Shown: positions 1 through 10,272, counted from the stretch's first letter. The stretch is 64,000 nt of DNA from Candidatus Latescibacterota bacterium (GCA_965226795.1 CBDDDZ010000004.1:736001-800000); one strand, 5' to 3'. The notes: generated by a model not told the origin, from the letters alone. A program made the numbers and translations.

Positions 1-1167
1 TCCAAACGGCAGGTCGAGATCGCTTCACTGAAAGCCAGCGTGGACCGGCACGGAGACGAAGCGCAGAGATGGGCTCGGGACCGGTCCGAAACAGACCGGG
101 AAATCAAACGCCTGGCCGCCGATTGCAAGGAACGGCAGAAGGAAAAGATCGACCTGGAGATATCCGCTCGGGCTGCCGCGAAAGAACTGGAGAACCTGCA
201 TCGCAAACAGGACGAACTGGAGGCAACGCGGGACAGGCAGGCGCAGCGCCAGCAGGCATTGTTGACGGATATCCGGCAGTTGGAAGGGAAAGCGCGGGAC
301 AAGAACCGGCGGGCGAACCAGAACCGGGATCGATTGGGTCAATTGCAGGTCGAGATGGCGGAGCTGAGAACGAGGGCCGAGGCGTTACGTGCTCGAATTC
401 TGGATGAATACGAGGTGGATGTCAGAGAGACGGGAGCATTGGACGATCCGGAATTCAATGAAGACGTGACTGACAGGCGGACAAGCGAGCTTCGCGAACG
501 GCTCCGGCGGATGGGTCCGGTCAACCTGGGCGCCGTGGAAGAGTATGAGGACCAGAAACAACAGTACGAGTTTATGTCCAAACACAGGAGTGATTTGCTG
601 GAGGCGGCGGAAATCCTCCAGCGGACCATATCGCGGATCGACCGAACGGCCCGCGGCCGGTTTATGGTTACGTTCGATCAGATCAAGGGGAATTTCCGGA
701 AGACGTTCGAGGCATTTTTCGAAGGGGGCCAGGCGGATCTCCTGATGCCCGCGGATCAGGACCCGCTGGAGGCGCCGCTGGAGATTATCGCACGGCCGCG
801 TGGCAAACGGCTGCAGCATATCAACCTGCTTTCCGGGGGAGAACGGGCGCTGACCGCGATTGCACTGCTATTCGCTATTTACCTCGCCAAGCCGAGCCCG
901 TTCTGTATTCTTGACGAAGTCGACGCCCCTCTGGACGATGCCAACGTCGCCCGTTTCGTGCGGGTGCTCAAACGGTTCGCGGCTGACACCCAGTTTATCG
1001 TGGTTACCCACAACAAGGTCACGATGACTGCGGCGGACTGCCTGCACGGTATTACTATGGAGGAGCCGGGGGTGTCCAGGCTGGTATCGGTCAGGCTGGA
1101 TCACGAAGCACACGGCGGCAACGGACAGGCGGAGGCGATAGCGGAAACCACGGCCGCGGATGATTGA
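1..1167 (+). CDS. smc: Chromosome segregation protein SMC, C-terminal part (5' end outside window)
   Basis: Frame is open from base 1. Coiled-coil followed by GPVNLGAVEEY, signature LSGGE, Walker B/D-loop PFCILDEVDAPLD and QFIVVTH. Confidence 0.95.
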   Translation, partial: SKRQVEIASLKASVDRHGDEAQRWARDRSETDREIKRLAADCKERQKEKIDLEISARAAAKELENLHRKQDELEATRDRQAQRQQALLTDIRQLEGKARDKNRRANQNRDRLGQLQVEMAELRTRAEALRARILDEYEVDVRETGALDDPEFNEDVTDRRTSELRERLRRMGPVNLGAVEEYEDQKQQYEFMSKHRSDLLEAAEILQRTISRIDRTARGRFMVTFDQIKGNFRKTFEAFFEGGQADLLMPADQDPLEAPLEIIARPRGKRLQHINLLSGGERALTAIALLFAIYLAKPSPFCILDEVDAPLDDANVARFVRVLKRFAADTQFIVVTHNKVTMTAADCLHGITMEEPGVSRLVSVRLDHEAHGGNGQAEAIAETTAADD

Positions 1168-1231
1168 ACGCGGCGGCAGGAATTCGCGCAAAGGGGCTCG
1201 AAATTTACCGCAGTAACAACCCGATAAAAAT

Positions 1232-1272
1232 AAAGGATCGGCCGCGTAAAAGCTGCCGATCCTTTTCTTTCT
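1232..1272 (+). terminator. Intrinsic terminator between convergent smc and thioredoxin gene
   Basis: AAAGGATCGGC...GCCGATCCTTT inverted repeat followed by a T-rich tract. Confidence 0.75.
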
Positions 1273-1341
1273 TGTGATCGCCCCGTCGATGGCGTCCGTC
1301 GCCGTAAGCCTGACATTTGGGTTGACACAATCGGGTTATAT

Positions 1342-3414
1342 TTAAACGGAACCCAGGCTTTTCAGGATCTTCGCAACAATGGCATCCGGATCGTGTACCC
1401 CGGACAACCGCTCGACGATTATTCCCTGCGGATCCACCAGGAAATAGGCCGGTATGGCCCGCACGTTATACGCGCTGGTGGCGCCGGAACTCGAGGTCTC
1501 CGAGCGCACATGTACTCCTTCGATCCCGTGTTTTTCGATGGCCTTGCGCCATGCGGCGTCGCTGGAATCCAGTGAAAGGTTGACGAAAACCACCGGTAGT
1601 TCGGCGGTTTTTTTCTTTATTTTTCTGAGATAGGGCAAGTTACCGATGCATGGCCCGCACCAGCTTGCCCAGAAATCCAGCAACACGACCTTGCCCCTGA
1701 ACTGGCTCAGCGACACGGGTTGGCCTTCCAGATTCCTCAGCGTGAAATCGGGTGCCGGACGCCCGGTTTGCAGCTCCATCGCCTTGTCCAGGGCCGCCCG
1801 GACCGCCGCGTTGTATTCCGGGTAAGGATTCGTCGCCTGAAAATCCCGCCACATGCGGTTGGTCGACGCAAAGCCGTCACCTCCGTGTTGAAAACTACTG
1901 ATCAGTTGTTCTGCCAGGTACCAATAGCGCACTCTTCCGCTCAGTTTCTGCTCGGCCAGATCGTACCGTCTTGTCTGCGAGGAAATCGTCCGATTTTTTA
2001 TTGCATAGATCGAATCGAGCTTTGCCTGAGCCGCCTGCGACAGGCCAAGGCTCGCCAAGTCAAGCTTGTCGGACAGCCTGGGAGGTTTGCGGTTTTCGTA
2101 CAGGGAGTCCAGTTGCGCGCCGATCTCCGGCGATATATCCAGGCCCGCCAGATCGACCAGATCAGACAACTTGCGTTTCTTCTTTTTGAAGGACCGCAAC
2201 CCCTCCATAACGTCTGCGCCATCCTGTGCCGGTAGCCGGAAAACAAGCGCGCCGCCCGTGGTATCGATCTCAGGCTTTTCCAGTTTGCTTGACATGGCAG
2301 TTCTGTACAATCCATCACTCTTTTCGTAAAAGGAATCGAGCCGGGCCTGGGCCGCTTTTGATAGCCCCATCTTTGCCAGATCGAATATCTCAGATAGCCG
2401 GGGTTTTCCTCTGCTGGCGTACAATGAGTCGAGTTTAGCTGTGATCGCATTTGGCAGGCCTAACGTCGACAGATCGGTCATTTTCGATAGTTTGGGATGC
2501 CGCCCGAACCGCGCATAGAGTGAATCCAGTCTGGCGAGGGTCTCCTTTGACAGGTCTAAGCTTGTCAGATCGTACATGTCGGAAAGACTGGATGACGTGG
2601 GCACATTCATCAATCCCCAATCCAGTGTCCGGACGAGAAAGGTATGATAGGGGTCCACGCCAATGGCCTTTTCGTCGACCAGGGGCACCTCCTTGAGGAA
2701 TTCGTAGTATTCCGGCGTGATATTTCTGTTCTCACGGCCCGTGGCAAACCGGTAGTTGGTAGGATAGGAGATCATCATGTAAGCGTACGTGTAGTTAAAG
2801 TAGCGCGACGCATACTCCACAAATCCTGGAGACAGCGCATAAACCGTGCGCCGTCTGTCCAGGTATTCCAACTGATCGGTTCGCCACCGATCCGCCATGC
2901 GGGTAAAGTATTCCACCTCCATTTCCCTGGAGTCCCTGATTTTCCCCTGGAACGCCTGAAATCGTGGGAACCACTCAGCGATGAAGCGGCTGTTGTCCGC
3001 GTTTTGGCCGCCGAACCGGAAGGAGGTGTAGAAATAACCGGGATGGATGGAAATGTGAAGGCTGTCCCCCGGTTCGACGAAGAAAACCAGCGGACTGGGT
3101 TTCAAGAGGAAGGCCACCGCCTGCCGCACCGGTTTCCACGTGATTCCCCCGCTCTTGTAGCTGCCCCGGACGAGGGTCCCCCGGACGACCGGGATCTCGA
3201 GGGTGAAGCGGTTCCGGCTGTCCAGAGCGACGCGCTGCTCGGCCTTCTTCCCCAACGCCACCGGCGAGTCGTAACTGAACGTGATCTCCCGCGAGGTCGG
3301 CTCCCGGATCTCGCCGGTGATGATCGCCACCGATGGCTCGCCGCTTTCTGCTGAAAAACAGACGGTCGACATGACGAGTATGGCGGCCAGGACACTACCG
3401 TATACGTTTTTCAT
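1342..3414 (-). CDS. Exported TlpA/ResA-family thioredoxin-domain protein with five internal ~31-aa repeats (paralog 1)
   Basis: Signal-peptide-like N-terminus from ATG 3414 with an AGGGAGG RBS. C-terminal APDFTL...LLDFWASWCGPC...IPAYFLVDPQG redoxin domain. Confidence 0.85.
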   Translation of the reverse strand: MKNVYGSVLAAILVMSTVCFSAESGEPSVAIITGEIREPTSREITFSYDSPVALGKKAEQRVALDSRNRFTLEIPVVRGTLVRGSYKSGGITWKPVRQAVAFLLKPSPLVFFVEPGDSLHISIHPGYFYTSFRFGGQNADNSRFIAEWFPRFQAFQGKIRDSREMEVEYFTRMADRWRTDQLEYLDRRRTVYALSPGFVEYASRYFNYTYAYMMISYPTNYRFATGRENRNITPEYYEFLKEVPLVDEKAIGVDPYHTFLVRTLDWGLMNVPTSSSLSDMYDLTSLDLSKETLARLDSLYARFGRHPKLSKMTDLSTLGLPNAITAKLDSLYASRGKPRLSEIFDLAKMGLSKAAQARLDSFYEKSDGLYRTAMSSKLEKPEIDTTGGALVFRLPAQDGADVMEGLRSFKKKKRKLSDLVDLAGLDISPEIGAQLDSLYENRKPPRLSDKLDLASLGLSQAAQAKLDSIYAIKNRTISSQTRRYDLAEQKLSGRVRYWYLAEQLISSFQHGGDGFASTNRMWRDFQATNPYPEYNAAVRAALDKAMELQTGRPAPDFTLRNLEGQPVSLSQFRGKVVLLDFWASWCGPCIGNLPYLRKIKKKTAELPVVFVNLSLDSSDAAWRKAIEKHGIEGVHVRSETSSSGATSAYNVRAIPAYFLVDPQGIIVERLSGVHDPDAIVAKILKSLGSV

Positions 3415-3614
3415 AAAGAGATCCCTCCCTAAGTTCAAGTTCCGCTACACAGGCAACTCAAAAACCATCCGAACCCTGAGTCTCGGCTTGCCCCGGACGG
3501 ATGTAACAAATCTCAAGCGCTTGCAATAGGCACTACGCCCGAGCGTCGCTTTTATGAGATATCGCCTTTCTCGTCCGGTTATTGCAATAATTGAGCGCCA
3601 ATGGACAAGATCGA

Positions 3615-5462
3615 TCAACCTATGTGCTCAAGTGTGAAATTGACCAATGGATCTTCTGTTTCCTCATACTCGAATAGTTCCTCCGCCTTCGGTGAGATAT
3701 CCGGCAGTGTGCCGCGAGTTTCATCGCCCGCTTGAGGCATAGCCGCATAATACATCATTGCTGAAACGCCAAACCTTATCCCGCTCACGGGAAGCAAACC
3801 AGTCAAAGCATCGCCGGTGCTTTGCCTTCTCCCGCCCGTCTCTTCACCTATAAGCTGGCCCAGTCCGTAATCCTTCACAACAGCGGCAAACTCGGCTGCC
3901 GCCGAAAAGGTACGCGGACCAATCAGCACATGGAGATCGCCCTTAAACAAGTCCTCTCGCCGCTTAGGTATTACCAAGTCGTCCGACTCCGAGATAATCA
4001 ATCCGGTCAAGTCGCTATAACGGGCGTAATGTGGATGTTGCTCGATCAGTAGGTCCGACAGTTTAATATCGACGCGAGACCACATCTTAAACGGCTTCTC
4101 TGTAAGAAACTCAAGTAGAAAAACGACAAGGTCTGGATTTCCACCACCATTTTGGCGCACGTCTATTATGAGGCGGTGGGTTTTCTTCGCCCTCAATTCA
4201 CTAAATAGACCTGCTATATACGTCCTTCTATCGTCGGTATCAATGAAACTATCGCAATTGTAATAGCACGTATTTTCGTCATGATGGAAACGATGGAAGC
4301 CATCTGACTCCTCTTTTTCAGGCAAGAGGTCGTCATATTCGCTTATCGATATCAGGTCAATTCGGTGTGTTGAAGTCCTCCCCTTTTCTACAAATCGCAT
4401 CGTTACGGGACTTTCCGTGAACATCGCACTCCACGCTCCATAGAATCGTTGGCTATCTACGAATTGCACCAGCCGGCGAGTATCCGATTCCCCGGAAATC
4501 CTGCACAACGCTGGCTGAAGAAACTCGTTGATCGGTTGATCATCTACGGATACGAGTGATTTCCATGTCAAATCCTCCAAACGCGGAATGGCATTTTCTA
4601 CTACCAAATCGTCAAAAAACCGTTTCAACCGAAACGGAAACATAAGTACATCGGGAATGGCACCATCAATGATATCACCAGCAGGCATGATCTCGGTATG
4701 ACCATCCTTCAAACGGGCGGCAGCTTCAGCCAGTATACCTGACAGTTCGGCGTACGAGATATGGCCGCGCGATGCTTCTTGCCGCTGCAAGCGATTGCGA
4801 ATGGATTTCTTTAGATCCAGATAGTCGTCTCCGGAAATATGACGCAACGGATAGGGGTGTACCCTCTCAAGTGTTGTAAAGAAATACTCTGCGTCGACTT
4901 GGCCATCATCGGCGGAGAAGACCAGAGGAGCGAAATCATGATCCAAATTCCCACCATTGATGACTTGATCTTGTAATGTGACAAAAAACGTATAGTTCAA
5001 CCTTAGACATTTCTTCATGCCTGTCAGGACTGTAGGGCTAGGGGCACAGAAGGCCGATATATGCCCGTCTCCCAAGGGATTGTGGCCGACAGATGCGAAC
5101 CCAATTTCGCCCATCCCGCCTTCGAAAAGAAACTTCTGCTCCTCTTCTGACAGACCAAATGGCGTATCATTAAACGCTGCAAAGACAAGGTGGTTGGGCT
5201 TCGGGTCGAACAAGCCGTAAACCACATAATTTCCTTTCTTTAGTTTGAGACGTGGGAGACCTTCATTATCGTCCGTGCACCAAAAGGATACGCGTTGTAT
5301 TGAATGACGCTCCGACCATGCCCACCAGTATTCCTTTAGAGCCTGGATCTGTTTTTCCCATCCGGCACAGCTAAAATCAAATACGACAACAAGCGTATCG
5401 CCTGATGATTCTAATACGCGTTCCATTGTCAACGCGGACTGAGTTGCCGATGAAGACTTCAT
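3615..5462 (-). CDS. S41-family peptidase with an extra N-terminal domain
   Basis: HPYP...LKDGHT, LIIDVRQNGGG, TFSAA and IGEETGG motifs. AT-richer than its neighbours. Confidence 0.85.
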   Translation of the reverse strand: MKSSSATQSALTMERVLESSGDTLVVVFDFSCAGWEKQIQALKEYWWAWSERHSIQRVSFWCTDDNEGLPRLKLKKGNYVVYGLFDPKPNHLVFAAFNDTPFGLSEEEQKFLFEGGMGEIGFASVGHNPLGDGHISAFCAPSPTVLTGMKKCLRLNYTFFVTLQDQVINGGNLDHDFAPLVFSADDGQVDAEYFFTTLERVHPYPLRHISGDDYLDLKKSIRNRLQRQEASRGHISYAELSGILAEAAARLKDGHTEIMPAGDIIDGAIPDVLMFPFRLKRFFDDLVVENAIPRLEDLTWKSLVSVDDQPINEFLQPALCRISGESDTRRLVQFVDSQRFYGAWSAMFTESPVTMRFVEKGRTSTHRIDLISISEYDDLLPEKEESDGFHRFHHDENTCYYNCDSFIDTDDRRTYIAGLFSELRAKKTHRLIIDVRQNGGGNPDLVVFLLEFLTEKPFKMWSRVDIKLSDLLIEQHPHYARYSDLTGLIISESDDLVIPKRREDLFKGDLHVLIGPRTFSAAAEFAAVVKDYGLGQLIGEETGGRRQSTGDALTGLLPVSGIRFGVSAMMYYAAMPQAGDETRGTLPDISPKAEELFEYEETEDPLVNFTLEHIG

Positions 5463-5802
5463 TATAATCGTCTCAGGTAGAGTCTATCCGAGATATTGTC
5501 AAATGTTGTGGATGGCGGCGAGCGCATCCTGATGGATTAAGCGGCGACGTTGATGTTTCCATCCTGGAACTGAACCCGTAGGACAGTGAGTTCAATAAGT
5601 TTGTAATTGTATAATCGGTGGCAGCGATTTTGGGTTTGCGTTGCAAGTGGCAATTGCGCCGTTTTCACCGGACACTATCCCGTCCTCCCCGGCGCCCAAA
5701 AGATAGCCAATCTGCTGTTTACAAGCGAACAGAAATGTCCGACCGACGGAATGTACATATCCAATGGCACGTCGCGGCGCCGGTTGGCGAATCGAACAGG
5801 AA

Positions 5803-7881
5803 TTATTCGGTCTTTCTGGGGTTCTCGAAGATAGCCAGCTCGTTGTTCAGAAGGGCATAGATATGTTCGCCCACTGGAATAAACATATCTCGCGCCAGGT
5901 GACTAATTCGAGTCTCGCGGGGAAAAATTCCGATATTGCGCAAATACTCTTCATAATCTCTAACAAGCTTCTCGCGCCGCGAAAAGGCGCCGTAGCCGGT
6001 TTTGACATAGGTCTGGATCGCTTCCCCATTCAGGGCGTAGGCGGACTCTCCCGAAATGGTCATTCGTCGGGGAAGATGCGTCCAGGGTATGTAATCAACC
6101 TCGACTGGTTTCCGCGGATCGCTGATGTCCACCACGGCAATTTCCCGTGGCAGGTGTCTTTCGATATACGCCATGTCATTCCCAACGGTGAGTGGCCCCA
6201 ATGCAGGCGGTGCAGATGCTCTGTAAGTGCTCAGCGCGTCGGTTCCCAACAACATCCCGCGCAGTATTCTCCTTTTCGAGCCAGCCGAATCCATTTGCGC
6301 GACACGGGCCCAGGGACCACTTGAAGTCAGCTTCTGTCGGAACTCCTGGACCAACTTCTCGTAGTGAATGGAGCGTCCGAAACGCCGCAGCGGCGTCCGG
6401 CTCAATACTTGTGGTCGGCCGGGATCGGCCAGATCAAGGACTACGAAATCGTGTCCAAGAGTCAGAAACCCGTGGGGGCCCACAATCCGTATCTCCCATC
6501 CGTTGTTCCAGGCATGTTTCGTCGCCTCTTCAATCGGCAAAACTTGAACTCGTCGGGGCAAACCGCCATCCCGTACGTCGAAACTGTGTAATTCCAAGAA
6601 TCGATCCCTGATTATGCCGCCGTACAGAAAACCATCCCAAACTGCCCAACCCACGAGCCGGGGAATGCGCCGAAGCCACGGACTAGGACCCTGCTCGATT
6701 GGAAAAAGCAAGCTATGGGCTCGCAGTCGCGGGTGTTCCGGGCGGCTGAGGTCGAACACGGCCACCCCAGCACTGTCCTGGGCCTCACCCCAGACATAGG
6801 CGTTGGTGCCCGACATGGCCAACCTATCGAGCCTCCACCCCTCACATTCCACCCTGCCTACCTCTTCGGGCGCAATTGGGCTCGTCACGTCAACTACGCT
6901 CAAGCCATGATCGAAAAGCACCACCGCCAATCCATCAGTCAACGCCATGTCCGCCACATCCATTTCGTACTGCAGGGTTCCCACCGGCGGTACTGGCGCA
7001 ACTGGGGCGCGGCTATGGCGTGAACGGTCGACATTCAATGCAACGGCGACAATCGTACCCAATACAGCGAGGGCTACAACGGCCCACTGAAAACGTCCAC
7101 TCGCTCGTTCTCTCAACACCTTGCAGGCGCAAAGTAAAGCACCCCCTGCCAGTAGGGCGGTGACGCCGGCCCTGATGAGTAAAAGGGATGTGTCGAAAGC
7201 CTGGCGAGCGATTCCGGCGTCGGTCATTATCTTTAGTACGAACAACAGTTTAAAATAGAACTTGGCTATCGGTGGGCTCAGCGTCCAGACGACTATAAAT
7301 AGAACAAACGCGACCCAGACCGACAAAAGGCTGGTCATCGCTGCCTTCAGAGGGCGGTCGGCGAGAGTCGAGGCCAGCATGGCAACGCCGTACGGGATCA
7401 GATAAACCAGGAACCATAGCGACACAACCCGAACGTATCCGATATCCGATAGTACTACGGTTTCAGGAATGACATTTCGTATAGAGAAATCCCCGTAACG
7501 AATCTGACCAGTTATAGAAACTAGATCCCCGCTTGTGGCAATCATAATGAATACGCCGCCCCAATACGCGGCCAGCACCGCTAGTAATCCGATAGCTCCC
7601 ACCGCGAATTTTACCACCAATATCTTCCACGACTCCAGCGGGCGGCACAACAAGTACGGTAGCGTCATCCGGCTGCGTTCCCGCGCGATCGCGTCCATGC
7701 CCATCAGGACCGCCCCGAAGAGACCCACCAGGTGGCTCAGAATCTGAATTTCTGAGTCGGGGAACTCCTGCTTGCCTGCGGCGCAGACCAACCCGACAAC
7801 CAGCGCCAGGCCAGCGCCCGCGGCAATTTTGTAGGCGGCTTCGCGCCCTTCTTTCCAGAACAGAGCTCGAATCGGATTCAC
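5803..7881 (-). CDS. ABC-2-type permease fused to a C-terminal LVIVD-repeat (beta-propeller-like) domain
   Basis: GTG 7881 with a GGAGG RBS. RALFWKE and ARERSRMTLPYLLCRP permease motifs, several TM helices, then VVDVTSP, VFDLSRP, VLDLADP and VVDISDP repeats. Confidence 0.8.
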   Translation of the reverse strand: MNPIRALFWKEGREAAYKIAAGAGLALVVGLVCAAGKQEFPDSEIQILSHLVGLFGAVLMGMDAIARERSRMTLPYLLCRPLESWKILVVKFAVGAIGLLAVLAAYWGGVFIMIATSGDLVSITGQIRYGDFSIRNVIPETVVLSDIGYVRVVSLWFLVYLIPYGVAMLASTLADRPLKAAMTSLLSVWVAFVLFIVVWTLSPPIAKFYFKLLFVLKIMTDAGIARQAFDTSLLLIRAGVTALLAGGALLCACKVLRERASGRFQWAVVALAVLGTIVAVALNVDRSRHSRAPVAPVPPVGTLQYEMDVADMALTDGLAVVLFDHGLSVVDVTSPIAPEEVGRVECEGWRLDRLAMSGTNAYVWGEAQDSAGVAVFDLSRPEHPRLRAHSLLFPIEQGPSPWLRRIPRLVGWAVWDGFLYGGIIRDRFLELHSFDVRDGGLPRRVQVLPIEEATKHAWNNGWEIRIVGPHGFLTLGHDFVVLDLADPGRPQVLSRTPLRRFGRSIHYEKLVQEFRQKLTSSGPWARVAQMDSAGSKRRILRGMLLGTDALSTYRASAPPALGPLTVGNDMAYIERHLPREIAVVDISDPRKPVEVDYIPWTHLPRRMTISGESAYALNGEAIQTYVKTGYGAFSRREKLVRDYEEYLRNIGIFPRETRISHLARDMFIPVGEHIYALLNNELAIFENPRKTE

Positions 7882-7892
7882 ACACGTCCTCC

Positions 7893-7970
7893 TTACGCAT
7901 TGCTCCCGAGCGCCAAAACGCCGTCCTCCAGGACCTGTTCCACGAGGTCGACGATCCGTACGCCACCCAA
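7893..7970 (-). pseudogene. Degenerate remnant of an ABC ATPase 3' end
   Basis: GVRIVDLVEQVLEDGVLA aligns codon for codon with GGRIVDVLDVGLEEAFVA at the end of the 10478-11377 ATPase. Confidence 0.55.
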
Positions 7971-8205
7971 AGAGATTCCCCAACTGCGCCGGGCGGCATG
8001 CAACGATGGTTTATGTAGGCTGCGCATCTCTCCGTCGGTCAATCGCCTGGCAGGGACCCTAATCGGCTCCCTCGCCCGGGAGGCCTCACAGATGACAGGG
8101 CGGCCATACAAAACGGTGTCGAACTTGATGACCGCTGGCATGCGAGTGCCGGGGTGCGGCAACTGCACTTATTTGTGGATTGTTGTAACCAAGCCTTCGG
8201 AGAGA

Positions 8206-10272
8206 TCAGAGGCTCTCCTTGATCTTTGCCGTAACCTTATCTGTATCCATCAAGTCCATTTGGGTCAGCCGCTCCACAATCCGTCCTTGCGGATCCACGA
8301 GGAAATAGGAAGGCACACCGCGGACGTTGTACATCTTGCCCACGTCCGAGCCTGTTGTACGCACGTGTACGCCTTTGATCTTGTGCTTTTTAATAGCGGT
8401 GCGCCAGGCCGTCTCATTGGCGTCTATCGAGAGGTTCAGGAAGACCACCGGCTGATCGGCCGTTTTTTGTTTGATTCTTCGGAGATAGGGCAGATTGGCG
8501 ATACACGGCCCACACCAACTCGCCCAGAAGTCCAGCAGAACCGCCTGGCCTTTGTACTTGCTCAGTGAGACCGGCTGGCCGTCCATGTCATGGAGTGTAA
8601 AATCCGGGGCCAGCCGCCCCGGTTGCAGCGTCATCGCCTTATTGAGGGCCGCCTGAACTGCCTCCGTGTATTCGGGATACGGGTTGATCGCCTTGAAGTC
8701 TTCCCACTTGCGAAAGGCCAACGCAAACGCATCGCTGCCGAGCTTGACGCCATCGATCAGCTGTCCTGCCAGAAACCAGTAGAGCACCCTCCCCGACAGT
8801 TTTCGCTTGGCCAGATCGTACAACCTGGGAAAAAGCCAACCCCGCTGGGGGCTATTTGCATAGATCGAGTCCAGATGGGCCCGGGAGGCGTCCGTTAGGC
8901 CCAGGCTCGAGAGATCGACCTTCTCGGACAGCTTGAGCGGTTGGCGATGTACATAAAGGGAGTCGAGTTGAGTCCGGACCATCGGCGGCAGACCCAGGCT
9001 CGACAGGTCGACCTCTTCGGACAATTTCAGCGTCCTTCTGAGGGATCTCATCAGTTCACGAGGATCCGCCTTCTCCTCTATCGGCAGATGCAATACGAGC
9101 GCCCCGCTCGTCGTATCCAACTCAGGTGTGCTGATTTTGTAAGACGTAATCATGGTCAAGCCTCGCCCACTCTTCGCGTAGAACGAGTCAATCCTGGCAT
9201 GGTCCGCCGGCGCCACGCCCATCTTCGCCAAGTCGTACCGCATGGAGAATTTCAGCTTTTTCGTCCGTTTGTGCATCGAGTCGAGCCGCGCCTGAACGGC
9301 TGGCGACAGACCAGCCGATGAAAGATCGACCATTTGCGACAGCCGGGGCTTCCGGCCCGTCTTTTCGTACAAAGAGTCGAGTTGGACTTGTGCCTCCGCC
9401 GGCAATTCCATTGACAATAGATCGTACATCTCTGACAACTTGAGCGGTTTGCGTTCCTTACCTAACTCCCATCCCAGCGTCCGCACCAGAAAGGTGTGGT
9501 AATTGCTCACGCCAATAGCATTCTCGTCGACCAGAGAGATTTCGTTCAGAAAGTCGTAGTACTCCGGGGTGATTTCTTTGTTCCCGTAGCCGTTAGCAAG
9601 CGAGTAATTGGTCGGGTAGGAAATCATGAATCTACCCCACCCGTAGTTGAAGTAGGTCGTCGCAAAGTCGATGAAGGCTGGGGACAACGAATATTTCTGG
9701 CGTCCCTTGGCCAGGGATTCGAACTGCTTGCGGCGCCACCGTTGTATCTTCCGCGTAAAGTCCGCCAACTTGAGATCCTTGTAGTCTAGATCCCGTTGGA
9801 ACCTGCGAAATCGTGGGATCCACCAAGACATGAAGCGGCAGTTGTCAGCATTCTGGCCGCTGAACCGCAGGGAGGAGGAGAAATAGCCTGGTTCGACGAC
9901 AACGTGAAGGCTGTCTCCGGGTTCAATAAAAAGGGCTATGGGACTGGGAGGTCCGAAGACGTAGAATACGATCCACCCCATCCATTTCCACGTCGGTCTT
10001 CTGGTTGGATAACTGCACACAACATAGTTCGCTCGTGAGAGAGGCACGGTGAGTGCAAAGCGATTGTGGCTATCGAGGACCACGCGCTGCTCGGAGCTTC
10101 TTCCCAGAGCGAGAGGCGACTGGAAGTTGAACGTGATCTCCCGCGAGGTCGGCTCCCGGACTTCGCCTGTAATGACCGCAACCGACGGCTGGCTTTGGGG
10201 ACTTTCCGCGGCCAGACAAGCGCTTGAGGCCATGAGAAACGTGACCAGGACATGAAAGTATGTGTTCAACAT
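8206..10272 (-). CDS. Exported TlpA/ResA-family thioredoxin-domain protein with five internal repeats (paralog 2)
   Basis: Colinear with paralog 1 (ITGEVREPTSREITF, EPGDSLH, MISYPTNY). Has WCGPC, a signal peptide and an AGGAG RBS. Confidence 0.85.
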   Translation of the reverse strand: MLNTYFHVLVTFLMASSACLAAESPQSQPSVAVITGEVREPTSREITFNFQSPLALGRSSEQRVVLDSHNRFALTVPLSRANYVVCSYPTRRPTWKWMGWIVFYVFGPPSPIALFIEPGDSLHVVVEPGYFSSSLRFSGQNADNCRFMSWWIPRFRRFQRDLDYKDLKLADFTRKIQRWRRKQFESLAKGRQKYSLSPAFIDFATTYFNYGWGRFMISYPTNYSLANGYGNKEITPEYYDFLNEISLVDENAIGVSNYHTFLVRTLGWELGKERKPLKLSEMYDLLSMELPAEAQVQLDSLYEKTGRKPRLSQMVDLSSAGLSPAVQARLDSMHKRTKKLKFSMRYDLAKMGVAPADHARIDSFYAKSGRGLTMITSYKISTPELDTTSGALVLHLPIEEKADPRELMRSLRRTLKLSEEVDLSSLGLPPMVRTQLDSLYVHRQPLKLSEKVDLSSLGLTDASRAHLDSIYANSPQRGWLFPRLYDLAKRKLSGRVLYWFLAGQLIDGVKLGSDAFALAFRKWEDFKAINPYPEYTEAVQAALNKAMTLQPGRLAPDFTLHDMDGQPVSLSKYKGQAVLLDFWASWCGPCIANLPYLRRIKQKTADQPVVFLNLSIDANETAWRTAIKKHKIKGVHVRTTGSDVGKMYNVRGVPSYFLVDPQGRIVERLTQMDLMDTDKVTAKIKESL

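Noticed and set aside
3579..3590. Perfect palindrome TTATTGCAATAA upstream of TlpA-1
   Set aside because: It is a single short AT-rich palindrome, unlike the GntR operator and not repeated before TlpA-2.
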